A DNA stretch of 63,711 nucleotides, filler included, from Dimargaris cristalligena (Eukaryota), in NCBI GenBank assembly GCA_003614675.1. It is 4 parts of 4 records of this genome, joined end to end, with 100 filler letters (N's around TTAATTAATTAA, not from the genome) between each part and the next. Parts side by side here need not be neighbours in the genome. Positions count along the whole stretch, not along the records: positions 31,963 to 47,794 come from ML002870.1; 3 more parts are not named here. One strand, given 5' to 3'. A program made the translations under genes and the position numbers. The notes under the pieces are model-generated. The model was not told where the DNA came from and did no database searches. It was given only the letters and a program-made list of their open reading frames with translations. Below are positions 35,854 through 47,894 of the stretch, in pieces; position 1 is the first letter of the stretch; every line of letters starts with the position of its first letter.

Positions 35854-38800
35854 GCTTGCAACTCGTCCTGACGAGAATAAGTAAACCTGTTTAATTCAGA
35901 TGTATGTTATAATCTACTTCCATTATTGATATAATTGCCAACGGAATGGCACAACTGGGCTGTATGCCCAGGGGGCGATTTTTCTAAAATAGGTGGAGAG
36001 TGGCTGACTTCATGGACAGCGCCTGCGGGAACTCCGGGATTTTATGTTTTAATTTCAATCAACTTGAACCCTCTATGGTTACTTTTTCCCCATCACTTTA
36101 GCGATTAGTATCCGTTAAGCTACAGGCGATAGTGCCGACAACAACCCGGCTGGCCTTACCAATGCCATATACACCTCTTGGTGCATACCCATATTGCTAC
36201 GTCAAGAGACAAACTACATGACGATGTACTTACATTGCCCGGAGGTTTGGCTTACACCTGCATATTGCGTAAATATAATATGTATCGACCTGCCTATACG
36301 CTTAGTTCCTGGTCGCAAAAAATAAAGTAAACTAGTTCCTTAGTCCATATTTTTATCAGCAGTACTTAGAAGTGAGTAGTTGCCGCCGTTTCTGGCTATT
36401 AATTCCTTTGAAGCTCGGGTCTTCCCGGCTAATAAATTAGGGCGACTAGATTCAATGAGTCTGGCTTAAGGGATCAAACCGCTATTACTTGTTCTTGGGC
36501 TGTACGATTCACGCGGATCGATTGGCGCTACCGATTGCCTAGTGATATTCTTAAATGGCTGAGTATTGGCGCCAATCCGTTTAATTACTAAAATGCTATT
36601 TTAAGGGGCCACTATATCATTCACCAGATTTTCCACACTATCGCTAAGACTGTCCCCTATATTAGAGACGTAAGTACCCTTAGATTTCCAAGATTCTTCA
36701 TGGCATTTCTCGTTAAATGTGTATATGCAACTGATAGGTTCTTTTAAACAGCCTGCCCATACAACAGTGAGTATATTTAAGTGAGCTGATCGCCTGGTGA
36801 AGGCCCCTGTGGCTATCCCTACGGATCCAATGAATTTAAAATGCACTCAAGGGCAAAGGATGACGGATGGAGTAGCCAATGGCTAACTGACCTGCACATA
36901 TAAGTTGGATAGACGCTCGCGACAAAAAGAATCGGAACTATACCGCTACCAATAAATTGCGGTGGCCAGGATGGTAAATAGAGCGAGGGTTCATTTTGGC
37001 GTCTTCCGTTATGAAATGTATTTTAGTGACATAAAGTGTACTATAAGAGTTCGGTATGTCAACATGTATACTGGAAGTGACTTGGCGGGAAATAAAAACC
37101 CGTAGTCCCGGAAGCAGGCCCATGACAACAATATGTTTAACTGTAGTGACCCTTAAATAGACCTGAGGACTTGCTGCAGATTTTAGCTAAAGCAAGGTGG
37201 AGCGGCTGGTATGTATTCTCTTGGCCGTATAACCCACTAATATAAGGTCAATCTCAAAGACGGGAGGGACACTCTTTTGCAAGACGCACTGGGGGCCCGA
37301 TATGAAATATAAATTCCAAGTTGAATTTCAAGGTGTCTATCGCTGGGGATGTAGCTGGCGATTGTCAATCTCCAAACCATGATTTGTTCTACACCTACTA
37401 CCTAGCAATTACAAAGACATGAGCCTTATAGGTATAGCCTTTGTGGCTATAAATTGTTTGATGCTGAATTGATATGAGAGGGTTGAAAATCTCCCATGGG
37501 CCAGATGGGGGCACACTGTAATAACTAAGGGAGAACTTTGTGGTAACCGCGGTAGCAGTGGGGCAGGGGTGACCACTCGGCCACTAGTACCGTTGCGTAT
37601 AATGCTCGGCCTTTGAAAGTAAGTCCTGGGATTAAGATATCCAACTTCTTGATTGCCAAAGTACATCGATATGTAGTATACGTATTTCAAGTTCCACGGC
37701 ATTTCCTCTGCTGCAACGACACCGTCATTCTTGGAAATTCGAGGCCTTGTTGTTTTCCTGTAGTAACAACCTACGTGTGTTAGTAAATAATTTGTGACTC
37801 CGTGACCAACGTACTTCAAATTAATCGCCTATGATTTGCCGGTATGACGCTTACAAGACTCCGGCGATTACAGCTAAGCTATTCCAAAAAAGCTCAGACA
37901 GCAGCGAAAAGGCGAGGGCGGAGTATAAGAGGGGGGAGTGGCCCCATCAATCCCGTTACTCTCGCTAATTAGAAGACCTGGAGGAGACCACAGAGGGTGT
38001 GGCCCCTGCAAACCATACGCCCGGCCTTGGGCCAACCTAATGATTAGCGGGTCAAGTAATATTCATATTAGAGACAGAAATGATCGTCCTTGAACTATCT
38101 GAAGGGATGCGAAACATCACCATCCCGCTGTAGAAAGGGGACTACTTGCCGTTTTCCCATGCACCAAGCCATTTCGGTCAACTAAAGCAAACGCGGCGAA
38201 TTGACCAGTTTCACGTATCCGGAAAGCGCCCCAGTCTATCACCCGGCGGCCACGAAAGGAATCATTGAAACGAGCTGATGTGCATTCCTTAGATTTGGCC
38301 GTTTCCCAGCCCCGTCCCGAAATGTCGCCTATCAGCCGCGAAGGGTCTCTCTCTCCCCTTATCGGCTGGGAAAGCCATGTCACGGTGCTTCTGTGGTGAT
38401 TTGCTGAATTCCTCTGGAGCTGATTAAACCACCACTAATTGCCACTGCGCAGGTATAGTACCTTGGCCATTATTGGGCCCTGCATACCTTCCTCCCCAAC
38501 TCTTGCCAGTTTTTTTTTTGGCCAAACAGCCTATACGTATATCCACTTTTTTTCTCGGCTTTCTAGGATGGCGGCCTTTTTAGCGCTACTGCAAATTAAT
38601 ATTAGCGGAAGCCCAGGCCCTCGATAGGAGAGGGAGGTCGATATAAGTAATTTATCAACTGGAGTGTAGTATAGGGGGTAGGGTAGCCTGTCGCGTTTAT
38701 CTGAACTGGGGCGAACTCGAGAAATCCGGCAGTTCCCGTCAGATCCTTTCTTATGTAGTAGTCCCATTATGAACCGTTGCTTTTCGCTGCTTGGAAAATC

Positions 38801-39325
38801 CCTTTCCCCCAATGTTAGCGACCCTCTTCAACACAGTCAGTTGCATTCGTACTAGGGCTAGTCCCTGACAATTGAAGCTGCTTGGAAAGATTGTCGCGCA
38901 CTGTGCCAATTGTAGCAGTCCTGCCTAACACCCCCCTCTCCTTTTCCCTGAAGGGCTTTCAAATAGTAGCTTCACCCAGGTGGTTTTGTTTTACACCAAT
39001 AGTATAAAAACTCTAAAGCCGCCCTATCCATTTCACCAACATATCTAGCTTTCATTTCATTATCCCACCTCCTTCCCCCTACCAAGTACCCCAATAGTTC
39101 TATCCGGTTAACTGCACCTTATCGCCTTCTCACTACTGCTCCTCACGTCGCCCGTGGCCCTTCTCATTCCACCTATACTCTATTCCCATACTCACCCTCC
39201 CCAGTCACTGTCTCAGGCAAATTCACCCGCCAGATTTCGATTCGGAGGCAGCTCTCCCACTAGTTTTGTGCTTAGTGTTTTCCACATCCCTCCAGGTGAG
39301 GAACTCCCAATCAACCTTTGTTTAA

Positions 39326-40774
39326 ATGGCCCTTCCCGACTCCACTACCGCTGTTCCCGTTCAGGCCGATTCCGCCCCCGAGGCGACCTACCCGGGCGCC
39401 TTTGAGGGCCCCGAAAAGCTACTCGAGGTATGGTTCAAGCCGAACGACCAGAACCTGGCCCCACTGATTCCGCTGAACCCGACTCTTGCGGCCGACCCGA
39501 ATGCGACTAGCCCCCCCGTTTACCGGGGCCTCAAAGTAGTGCCCCGGCCGGTATGGGAGAGTATGCTGAAACTGGTGCACTGCGAAGTCCTCAGCGTGTT
39601 GCAGAGCCAACAAGTGGACGCCTACTTGTTGAGCGAGTCGTCCATGTTTGTGTACCCACACAAGGTCATTATCAAAACGTGCGGCACTACCACCCTCCTC
39701 CACGCCGTTCCCGAATTGCTGCGCATCGCCCAGGCATACTGCGGCTGGCCCTACATTTGGCGGACTTTTTACTCGCGCAAGCGGTTCATGTTCCCCGAGC
39801 AGCAGCGCCACCCCCACCGGGACTGGAACGACGAGGTGGCCTTCTTGGACGACCTGTTCGAACACGGCTCGGCCTACACGGTGGGCCGGACCAACGGTGA
39901 TCATTGGAATTTGTATCTGACCCGACCCGACCCCCGGGCCATCGGTGACGCAGCCGACCATCTATTCTCCGAGGAGCACGACCAGGATATCACTGTAGAA
40001 ATCCTCATGACCGAACTATGCCCCGAGGCCGCCCAAGTTTATTACCAAAAATCCCATCCTAATCCTAACCGCAGTTCTACCTCGGCGGGATCCCCCGTCG
40101 TACACTGTGACGCCGACCCCCATGTCCAGACCAACGAAGCCAACATACCCCCCAACCCCAGTCAAGCGCACCGGGGCGGCCGCTGCGTCGAGCGGCTGAC
40201 GGGCATCGGCGCCATCTACCCGGACGCCCGCACCGATTCCTACCTGTTCGAGCCCTGCGGTTTCTCCCTCAACGGCCTAACCGATACGAGCTATTTCACC
40301 ATCCACGTTACGCCCGAACCGGAGTGCTCGTACGCTAGTTTCGAATCCAACCTCAGCCTCGACTCCCACCACCCCCGGTCAGCAGGGAAAGCCCTCAAGG
40401 CCCTGGTCGAGCAGGTCGTGGGCATCTTCCGCCCCGGAAAATTCTCGGTATCGGTGTTTAAAACCCATGCTCGCCCGATCCCTGCCTGGTCCCCCCAGCG
40501 GACCGCCTCGCCGGTTCCGGCGGATAAGGCCGATGACCAAGTCGCGAATGCTACTACTACTACTACTACCAATGACCAGATCACTAGTAGTGCCCCTTTG
40601 CCCATCGACGGTCCCACCGACGAAGCCCAACACCTGGAGGCCTGGCGGGCATTCGCCGAGTCGCTACCCCCCTGGAGCCTCGAAACTCTCCGCGGCTACC
40701 GCCAAACTGATCACATCATGTATGAGTTTGACGATTACTGGCTTCGGTTCGGCTATTTCGACCAAAACCTGTAA
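39326..40774 (+). CDS. SPE2: S-adenosylmethionine decarboxylase proenzyme (eukaryotic class)
   Basis: FEGPEKLLEVWF; autocleavage/pyruvoyl site YLLSE-SSMFV; IIKTCGTT, FYSRK, FEPCGFSLNG, YFTIHVTPEPECSYASFESN; intronless. Confidence 0.96.
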   Translation: MALPDSTTAVPVQADSAPEATYPGAFEGPEKLLEVWFKPNDQNLAPLIPLNPTLAADPNATSPPVYRGLKVVPRPVWESMLKLVHCEVLSVLQSQQVDAYLLSESSMFVYPHKVIIKTCGTTTLLHAVPELLRIAQAYCGWPYIWRTFYSRKRFMFPEQQRHPHRDWNDEVAFLDDLFEHGSAYTVGRTNGDHWNLYLTRPDPRAIGDAADHLFSEEHDQDITVEILMTELCPEAAQVYYQKSHPNPNRSSTSAGSPVVHCDADPHVQTNEANIPPNPSQAHRGGRCVERLTGIGAIYPDARTDSYLFEPCGFSLNGLTDTSYFTIHVTPEPECSYASFESNLSLDSHHPRSAGKALKALVEQVVGIFRPGKFSVSVFKTHARPIPAWSPQRTASPVPADKADDQVANATTTTTTNDQITSSAPLPIDGPTDEAQHLEAWRAFAESLPPWSLETLRGYRQTDHIMYEFDDYWLRFGYFDQNL

Positions 40775-41537
40775 CTTTCCCCCGCAATATGTTTGCACCA
40801 TTCTCTAAATTTTTGTTTTTTAAAATGTCTATACCTCACTCCATATTCAAGGCAATTCAAGCCACGCCATGTTGCATTGAAGCACTCCTGTTTTTTTTCC
40901 ACGTATTAATTTAATTTAAATTTAGTATATTCTCCCCTATAATAGGTGCTACTACTGTCGAAGCGACTTACTTTGATCACTTACACCACCGGGCATGGTA
41001 AATGATTCACCCAAACTAAAGTGGTCCAGCCCGAAACCTTGACTGGGATTCAGGAGGATGGGAAGGCATTTGCACACAGATGTAATTTCAAGGGACGGTA
41101 GCGAACTGGGTATTTCGCTTCCCTATATCGTTCAGGTTTCAAATCATGGGGGGGGGACTATACGCCGGAAAGGGGCCGCATAGATAATTAGAGGGCTACA
41201 CCATTGACGAAGAAAGCCTTTGAGTCCCAAACGCCATCTCAAACATTACTGTACTCACACCGACTAATTCAGTTTCAGCCTATGATTGGGATTTTCGGAA
41301 CATTTTTTAGGGCCCGGGTTATATAGCTCCAGTCTCTGGATAAAATAGTACATAATGGCTGCCCCCCGTGTAGTAGGCGCAATTCACTCTTTCTTTACGA
41401 TTTTTGCATTCCCTTAACAACCCTCCGAAGTGCAAGGACAGACTCCACACCGACCTTTCCGTCAACCGTACCCCTTTATTCTCCAATTAACACCTAAGCA
41501 CTACCCCACCTCCACCACCACCAAGAATCTCGTTACC

Positions 41538-41948
41538 ATGGGAGGCTGTGGTATATTCGGCAATATCATCTGGGTCATCCTGGGAGGATGGGTCTATTTC
41601 CTGTACTATGCCTTCGGCGGAGTACTCTTCTGCCTCACCATCATCGGTATCCCCTTTGGGATGGAATGTTTCAAGTTGGCTCTGCTCTCCATCTGGCCCT
41701 TCGGTAAAAACGTTACCTGGCGCTTTGCTACGGAAGGCTGTCTGTCCACGGTGTTCAACGTTATTTGGCTCATTTTCCTCGGTTGGCATCTGTGCCTGAT
41801 AAATCTGTTTATGATGCTTATTTTCGCCGTCACCATCGTGGGCTTGCCTTGTGCCAAACAGTGCTGGAAGTTAGCCAAGGTCGCCCTTTGGCCTTTCGGA
41901 ACAACCATCACCGAATCCACCACCCAACCCATCATCGCCCCCTACTAG
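41538..41948 (+). CDS. Standalone YccF-domain (DUF307 x2) membrane protein, 136 aa
   Basis: Two repeats: GNIIWVILGGW...CLTIIGIPFGMECFKLALLSIWPFGK and FNVIWLIFLGW...AVTIVGLPCAKQCWKLAKVALWPFGT; ACCATGG start; intronless. Confidence 0.9.
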   Translation: MGGCGIFGNIIWVILGGWVYFLYYAFGGVLFCLTIIGIPFGMECFKLALLSIWPFGKNVTWRFATEGCLSTVFNVIWLIFLGWHLCLINLFMMLIFAVTIVGLPCAKQCWKLAKVALWPFGTTITESTTQPIIAPY

Positions 41949-42494
41949 ACTACATGTCGTGCGTGGGGTTTGGGCCACCATAAAATCTTCAATACGGTAC
42001 ATCGTTAATAGCGCCCCTGGGCGTTTTTTTTTCTTCCGGAAGTAGCTCGAAATCTATAGTTTATCAAAAAAAAACCATCTTAGTATTATTCCGGATGCAC
42101 TTTGAATGTATCTTTACATTATAAAATATAAAGGTACCCTCAATATGTTATATTCTACAATATTTTTAGTTTTGGCCGAATGATGGAAGGGAATGTTTGA
42201 ATATGCCATACGATTTGGGAATAGAGGGCTAGATTTTTTTAAGAGTACCGGGTTTGATTACAGCTATGGCTCCAGCTTAAAGTATTTTAGTATCTAGTGG
42301 TGATTTAATGCAGACCAAACCCGCCTTTCCTCTCCCCTGTAGCGTTTTTTTAGGCCCGGGAAGGATCACTTCGGGATGTTGGCGACGGGGGGGGGGGGTA
42401 ATTAAGGGTTGGTAATTAATTTATTTCCGTTAATTGGCGATTGGCCACCCAAGCCCCTACATAGTCATTTTTATGGTGGATAGATAACATCTGT

Positions 42495-42638
42495 ATATGG
42501 GAGAAGTTCATCCAAGTTGTATAACGAAAAATCCATTAGATTCGGTCAATATTACTAGTTAAAAATACATTTCCCATATATTTTCCCATATACGTATAAT
42601 GTAAAACCTTATATAGCTGGGCCGAATTTCACCCATAT
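42495..42638. mobile_element. 144-bp MITE family B, copy 2
   Basis: ATATGGGAGAAGTTCATCCAAG...GGCCGAATTTCACCCATAT. Confidence 0.8.
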
Positions 42639-44028
42639 GGTTTGGACGAAGAGTTGCTCTAGGTAGGTGTCGAGGAGTTAGCGACGCCAAAGTAGGGATA
42701 ATGATAGGCCAGTAGTATTGATTTTTAGGAAGAAAGGAGGTGATAATAGTACAGACCTAAACAAAGATAGTGCGGCAGGCTGAGTCAAACAGGGTTGCCA
42801 GTAATTAACTAGTCGAGAGTCCGCTTCGGAAATTTCATCGATAACACTATACTTGAGAACAGGTTATTACTGAGTGCGGCACACTCGAGCTTTGGAGTGG
42901 TGAGGTATACGTAAGAAGGGGTGGGTAAATGAGTCAGATGAAGGAGGCTGGCCATATGGATCTCCTGACTTTTCAATATTATATTATTATATATAGAAGC
43001 ATAGCCATGGCTGTCGGATTCATCTATACCAGACGTATCCACGCTATTCCGGCCCCCACTGCACCTTTGTCTGCCAGTTGAAGAGTCATTGAATGGAAGG
43101 GTTACACGCGCTAGTTCACACATACAGCCGGGTCTTCTCACGTCTATTTGATCCAAACCAGTCGGCACGAATATCCGATCTGATGCACCGATTAACCTGA
43201 TACTAAAGTTGAAGTATATAGTAAGGATATTCCAGTAGTTACAGCTATCAAGCCAACCGTGAGGGAGGAGGTTCTTTATCTTTCCGCCCCATCTATTCGG
43301 CCCAGATGGGTTGTTTTTAACCTAATGAAGGGCACAGAGCCCAATCCCATTTAAAGGAAAGTGATTTGGGACTGCGTTACACCCACGCCGTTGAGCACCG
43401 ATTGGGCCACTATCCTCCAATTAGATTCCGCAATTTTATCGAGCCACCCTCATTAATTGCTTAAGTACCTGAAGTAGAAGCCGCCCAGCAGGGATTGGCG
43501 AAGTAAAAGAAACCCCTTTGGTCAGTTAGTCACTAACCGCCTAGAAGATCCCTAATATACTTATCCGGGGGCAGTATAAAAAACCCCTTGCTCCCTTAGT
43601 CGTGTTTCTTCTGAGCCGAGTCCACCCCATTACAGTCGCTAATTTATTCACTCTTTAAATAAGAGTTACCCTCTTTTAAATCCGCTTTGCTCACCTATTC
43701 TTCATTTTATTCTGAAGTTGGCCGTTGATCGCTGTTTTCTTCGACCATCGATTGATTAAGCCACTAAGTTAGTATATAGATATATATGTGGTTGTGTGTC
43801 AACTAGGCTGTTCAACATTTCAGTGTTACCAAACCCCCCCAAAGTGCTTTGGGGACCCTGCAGCTTTCCCCTTCCTTTCTTGCTTATTTCACCCCGCCCG
43901 TTTTAATAATTCTCTCCCTGGCTCTGGTGAGTCATTCTGGCCCGGGCCTCTTCCCCCCCCCCTCATTTCACCCCAGTCAATAACGTGCCCTCATTTCAGT
44001 CGACTGTGCTCTGCCCAAGGAAACCGGC

Positions 44029-45940
44029 ATGTCCATAAATGAACCCCCCTCCTCCTCCCTCGGGTCCGGTCTCGGGGACCAACCCAGCTGGAGGCCCTCT
44101 TCAAGTTTGCCTCGGAAGGCGTCTAGCGGCAAATTAGGTGACCTGACTCGGACCGACGAATGCGACATGGACACCGACGACAGTGAACTGAGCGCCCTGG
44201 AACACCGCCAGTTTATCCGCAAACTGGACTGGCACCTCATTCCCTTCTTCGGCCTGGTCTACCTGTTTTGTACCTTGGACCGTATTAACATCGGTAAGTA
44301 GTGTTGCGACCCACCTGTCCTTATCCCACCCGTTTCCAAGGGGAGGCAGCCGAAGACTGAAGCTATCTAATCATGTGGAAAACAATCAACTAAAACTCTT
44401 GCTTTTAGGCTAGGTGTATTTAAATTACCCACTTTGGAACCCATTCTCAATAGTCTTAACCCGGCTTGGCCAACCTTAACCATGCGTATGCTTTTATCTA
44501 CCCTCTTCCTTATTATGATTATATTCCCCGATGCGATTAGGCAACGCCCGGCTGTTCACGCTGGAGCAGGATATGAACCTCTCCCCGTCGCAGTTTTCCT
44601 GGTGCCTCTCGATTTTTTTCGTGGGGTATATTCTCTTTGAACTACCCTCTAATCTGGCCCTGCGCCGCTTTGGCCCGTCCATCTGGCTGGGCCGTATCGG
44701 GGTCATGTGGGGAGGCATCACCATGTGCACCGCCGCAGTGACCAGCTTTACCGGGTTCTTTATCCTGCGCTTCTTTTTCGGCGTGGCCGAGGCGGGCCTG
44801 TTCCCCGGCATCATTTTTTATCTAACCCATTGGTATACCCGCCAGGAAATTAGTATTCGGATCGCTTTTTTCTACATCTCGGCGGCCCTGTCGAGTACAA
44901 TGGGCGGGCTTCTCGCCTTCGCCATCGGCCACATGGACCATACGGCCAACCTGCGCGCCTGGCAATGGCTCTTCCTATTAGAGGGTATCCCGTCCGTTAT
45001 CCTGGGCGTTTTGACGTGGTTTGTGATCCCCGACGGACCCCTCACGGCCCACCGGTGGCTGACCCCCCGGGAACGCGAATACGCCGTCAAGCGGCTGGCC
45101 CGTGACTGTACTGACATCTCCGACAGCAAGTTCGAGTGGTCTCAGTTCAAGGCCGCCATCACTGACTACAAGACCTGGTTCTATATGATCATGTTTTTAG
45201 GGTTCTTGAACCCCCTCTACGCCATGAGCCTGTTCCAACCCACGGTCATCCGGGACTTGGGCTTCAGTTCGTGGCAGGCCCAACTGCTCACAATTCCCCC
45301 CAGTATCATCAATGCCACCTGGACCGTCCTGTGCTCCTACCATTCCAACCGCACCGGGGAACGGGCCTTCCATATTGCCATACCGGCCCTGTTGGGAGCG
45401 ACGGGCTATGTCCTGCTGGCCGTTCTAACCAGCGGACCGGGCCGCTACGCCGTCATTTGCACCTTGCTCTCCATGTACAACGCTTCTCTACCACCTACGC
45501 TAGGCTGGCTGACGAATAACCTGGTGGGGTCAACCAAGTCAGCCACGGCCACCGCACTGGTCATTTCGTTCGGTAATCTTAGTGGTATTATTTCCGGGCA
45601 GTTTTACCGGGCCGATGAAGCCCCTCGCTACGTCCGAAGCCATCTTCTCAACATGGCCTTTTTGGTGATGGTCGCCATCGCCGCCCTTACCCTTAAATGG
45701 CTGCTCTACCGAGAAAACGCCCGGATTGATCGGGTCATGGGCATCAAACCTACTATAAAAACTTTGCCCATCCTACCTTCTGCAGAATCGGCCACTCCCA
45801 TCGAGGCAGGAACCGACTTGGAAACGAACTATCAGGCTGTCCCTTACCAGGAGATGGCTGTGGGTACCCTTACCCCCGAACAGCAACGGCAGCTTCCCCA
45901 AGCCATTATAGACTACCCCAACTTCCGATATACTTTGTAA
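44029..45940 (+). CDS. MFS anion:cation symporter (DAL5/TNA1-like), 2 exons (44029-44293, 44541-45940)
   Basis: RKLDWHLIP..LDRINIG|NARL, ELPSNLALRRFGP, LRFFFGVAEAGLFPG, HWYTRQEISIR, WQWLFLLEG; GTAAGT..TAG intron. Confidence 0.92.
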
Positions 45941-46224
45941 ATTTGGCCCTACTTATTCGGTGATAGCCAGCACCACATAGCCCCATATGTGCATTTTTCT
46001 TTTTACATATGATTCATAGTAATTCTAAATGTCTATTTTCACTGATAGGGCTATAAACTAATAATTCGAATTCCCAGTAATTAGAGTTTGTAAACTTTAG
46101 ATGAATATGATAAGGAATAGACCTTACCACTCGTCTATACAAGCCAATCAATAATTTAGAAGCCATATATTTAATACTATTTCTATATTTATAGATACTA
46201 GACCAATCCATTACTGGGCCCCAT

Positions 46225-46766
46225 TGTCAGACCATCTAATCCTCCTTAATCCAGTGGGTTAGATGGTCACACCTAGTACTATAGGATCATCCCTTATCAT
46301 ATAACCTTTCCCCCACTTAGACTCCACCTGTTCACACTAATTACTCAAATATTGATTTATTAGATTCTTCCAGTTATCATTAGAGTCTTCTGGATACCAG
46401 TAGCCATCCAGTCAGCCCATTTACCTATATCCTAGTCTTAGTAGCCTTCTCTCTTTAGAACCTCCCTCTAGAGTTATCCCTGCATATATATAAACAGGCC
46501 CCATTGGGACTAGTTAAACTCTTTAACTGTTCCTCCCCCCTTAGTTTACCCCTAATAAACTCTATATACACTTACCTCCCTTATACCAATTAGTAAGTAT
46601 ACCTACTGCACATCCCTTGCATATATCTACCACTAGCCTTTATTATTTAGTACTATGCCCTATACCTAATACTAGTAAACTACTTAGCTGATCCTAAGCC
46701 CCACCTACTATTAGAAGCCTATCCTTAGAACTCTTGACAGATTAAGAGTAGTTAACTTGGGTGGTA
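46225..46766 (-). repeat. LTR-like dispersed repeat family A, copy 5 (reverse)
   Basis: Plus strand begins TGTCAGACCATCTAATCC (element end ..TCTGACA) and runs to AAGAGTAGTTAACTTGGGTGGTA. Confidence 0.8.
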
Positions 46767-46854
46767 ATTACCATAGACTGTGATAGTTCTGCATATATTG
46801 TAATTCTGGCTAACCCTACTAATCATGGGAGAATAGAACTTTTTAATTTATACT

Positions 46855-47447
46855 TATTACCCAGGTTTACCACTCTTAGTCTATCAAGAGTCCCAGAGAT
46901 AGACTTCTAACAGTAGGTAGGGCTTTAGACTCAGCTAAGCAGGCTAATAGCATTAGGTATGAGGCATAATACTAACCAATAAAGGCCTAAGCCATTAGTT
47001 ATGCAAGGGATGTGCAGCAGGCACACTTATGGGTCAGTACAAGGGGGTAAGTGTATATAGAGTTTATTGAGGTAAATGGGGGGGGGGGGGTATGAATAAG
47101 CTAAGGAAACTAACTGGTCCCAATGGAGCTTGGTTATATATACACAGGGGACAACTCCAGAGGGAGGTATCTTGGGGAAGGTACTCTTAAGGTTAATACT
47201 ATGAGGAATAAGCTGACCAGATGGCTGTAAGGACCTGGAAGACTCTAATGGTAACCAGAAGAGTCTTTGGATTACTAATTGAGTGACTGGTGCAAAGAGG
47301 TGGAGTCTGGGAGGGGAAGGGTTATATGATATAGAAGGATCCTATAGTACCAGGGAGAGACTATGGGAAGTTATATATGGTGCTATATGGCCCAGTTGGG
47401 ATGGATAATCACTACACCTAGATTAAGTTGGATTAGAAGGGCTGATG
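46855..47447 (+). repeat. LTR-like dispersed repeat family A, copy 6
   Basis: TATTACCCAGGTTTACCACTCTTAGTCTATCAAGAGTCCC...GGATTAGAAGGGCTGATG. Confidence 0.8.
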
Positions 47448-47794
47448 TGGTGAACTTACCATATTTTAACCTACTTTTATTTTTTATCTATTTTTTGCAC
47501 TTATCAGAAGTACATCCCTGATGAGTGAATAAGCCCCTGCCCCTGATAAGTATAGTCATTTTTCCTCCATTTTCATGAGTATAGTATTTTTTCTATTAGT
47601 ATATTATATACCCTTGACTATGATGCAACCCTACCCCTGACCAGACTGTACCCCTGCATTCACACTGCCCCTGGCCCGATTGCACCCCTGTTCAAAGTAC
47701 AGTTAAAAATAGCTTTCCCTTTTTCCCTTCTATAGTTTTACATTGAATTTATTGGTTACCCAAGTATTACCTATCCTTTGTGATAACTAATATT

Positions 47795-47894
47795 NNNNNN
47801 NNNNNNNNNNNNNNNNNNNNNNNNNNNNNNNNNNNNNNTTAATTAATTAANNNNNNNNNNNNNNNNNNNNNNNNNNNNNNNNNNNNNNNNNNNN
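47795..47894. other. Assembly gap
   Basis: N run with TTAATTAATTAA spacer. Confidence 0.97.

Noticed and set aside
40551-40569. (ACT)n microsatellite encoding poly-Thr in SPE2; (TA)n tracts at ~29017 and ~54179
   Set aside because: Ordinary simple repeats in a disordered loop or non-coding DNA.
40772-40920. Open frame after the SPE2 stop codon (cf. vertebrate AMD1 readthrough tail)
   Set aside because: TAA stop is a poor readthrough context, and the T-rich 3' UTR explains the open frame.
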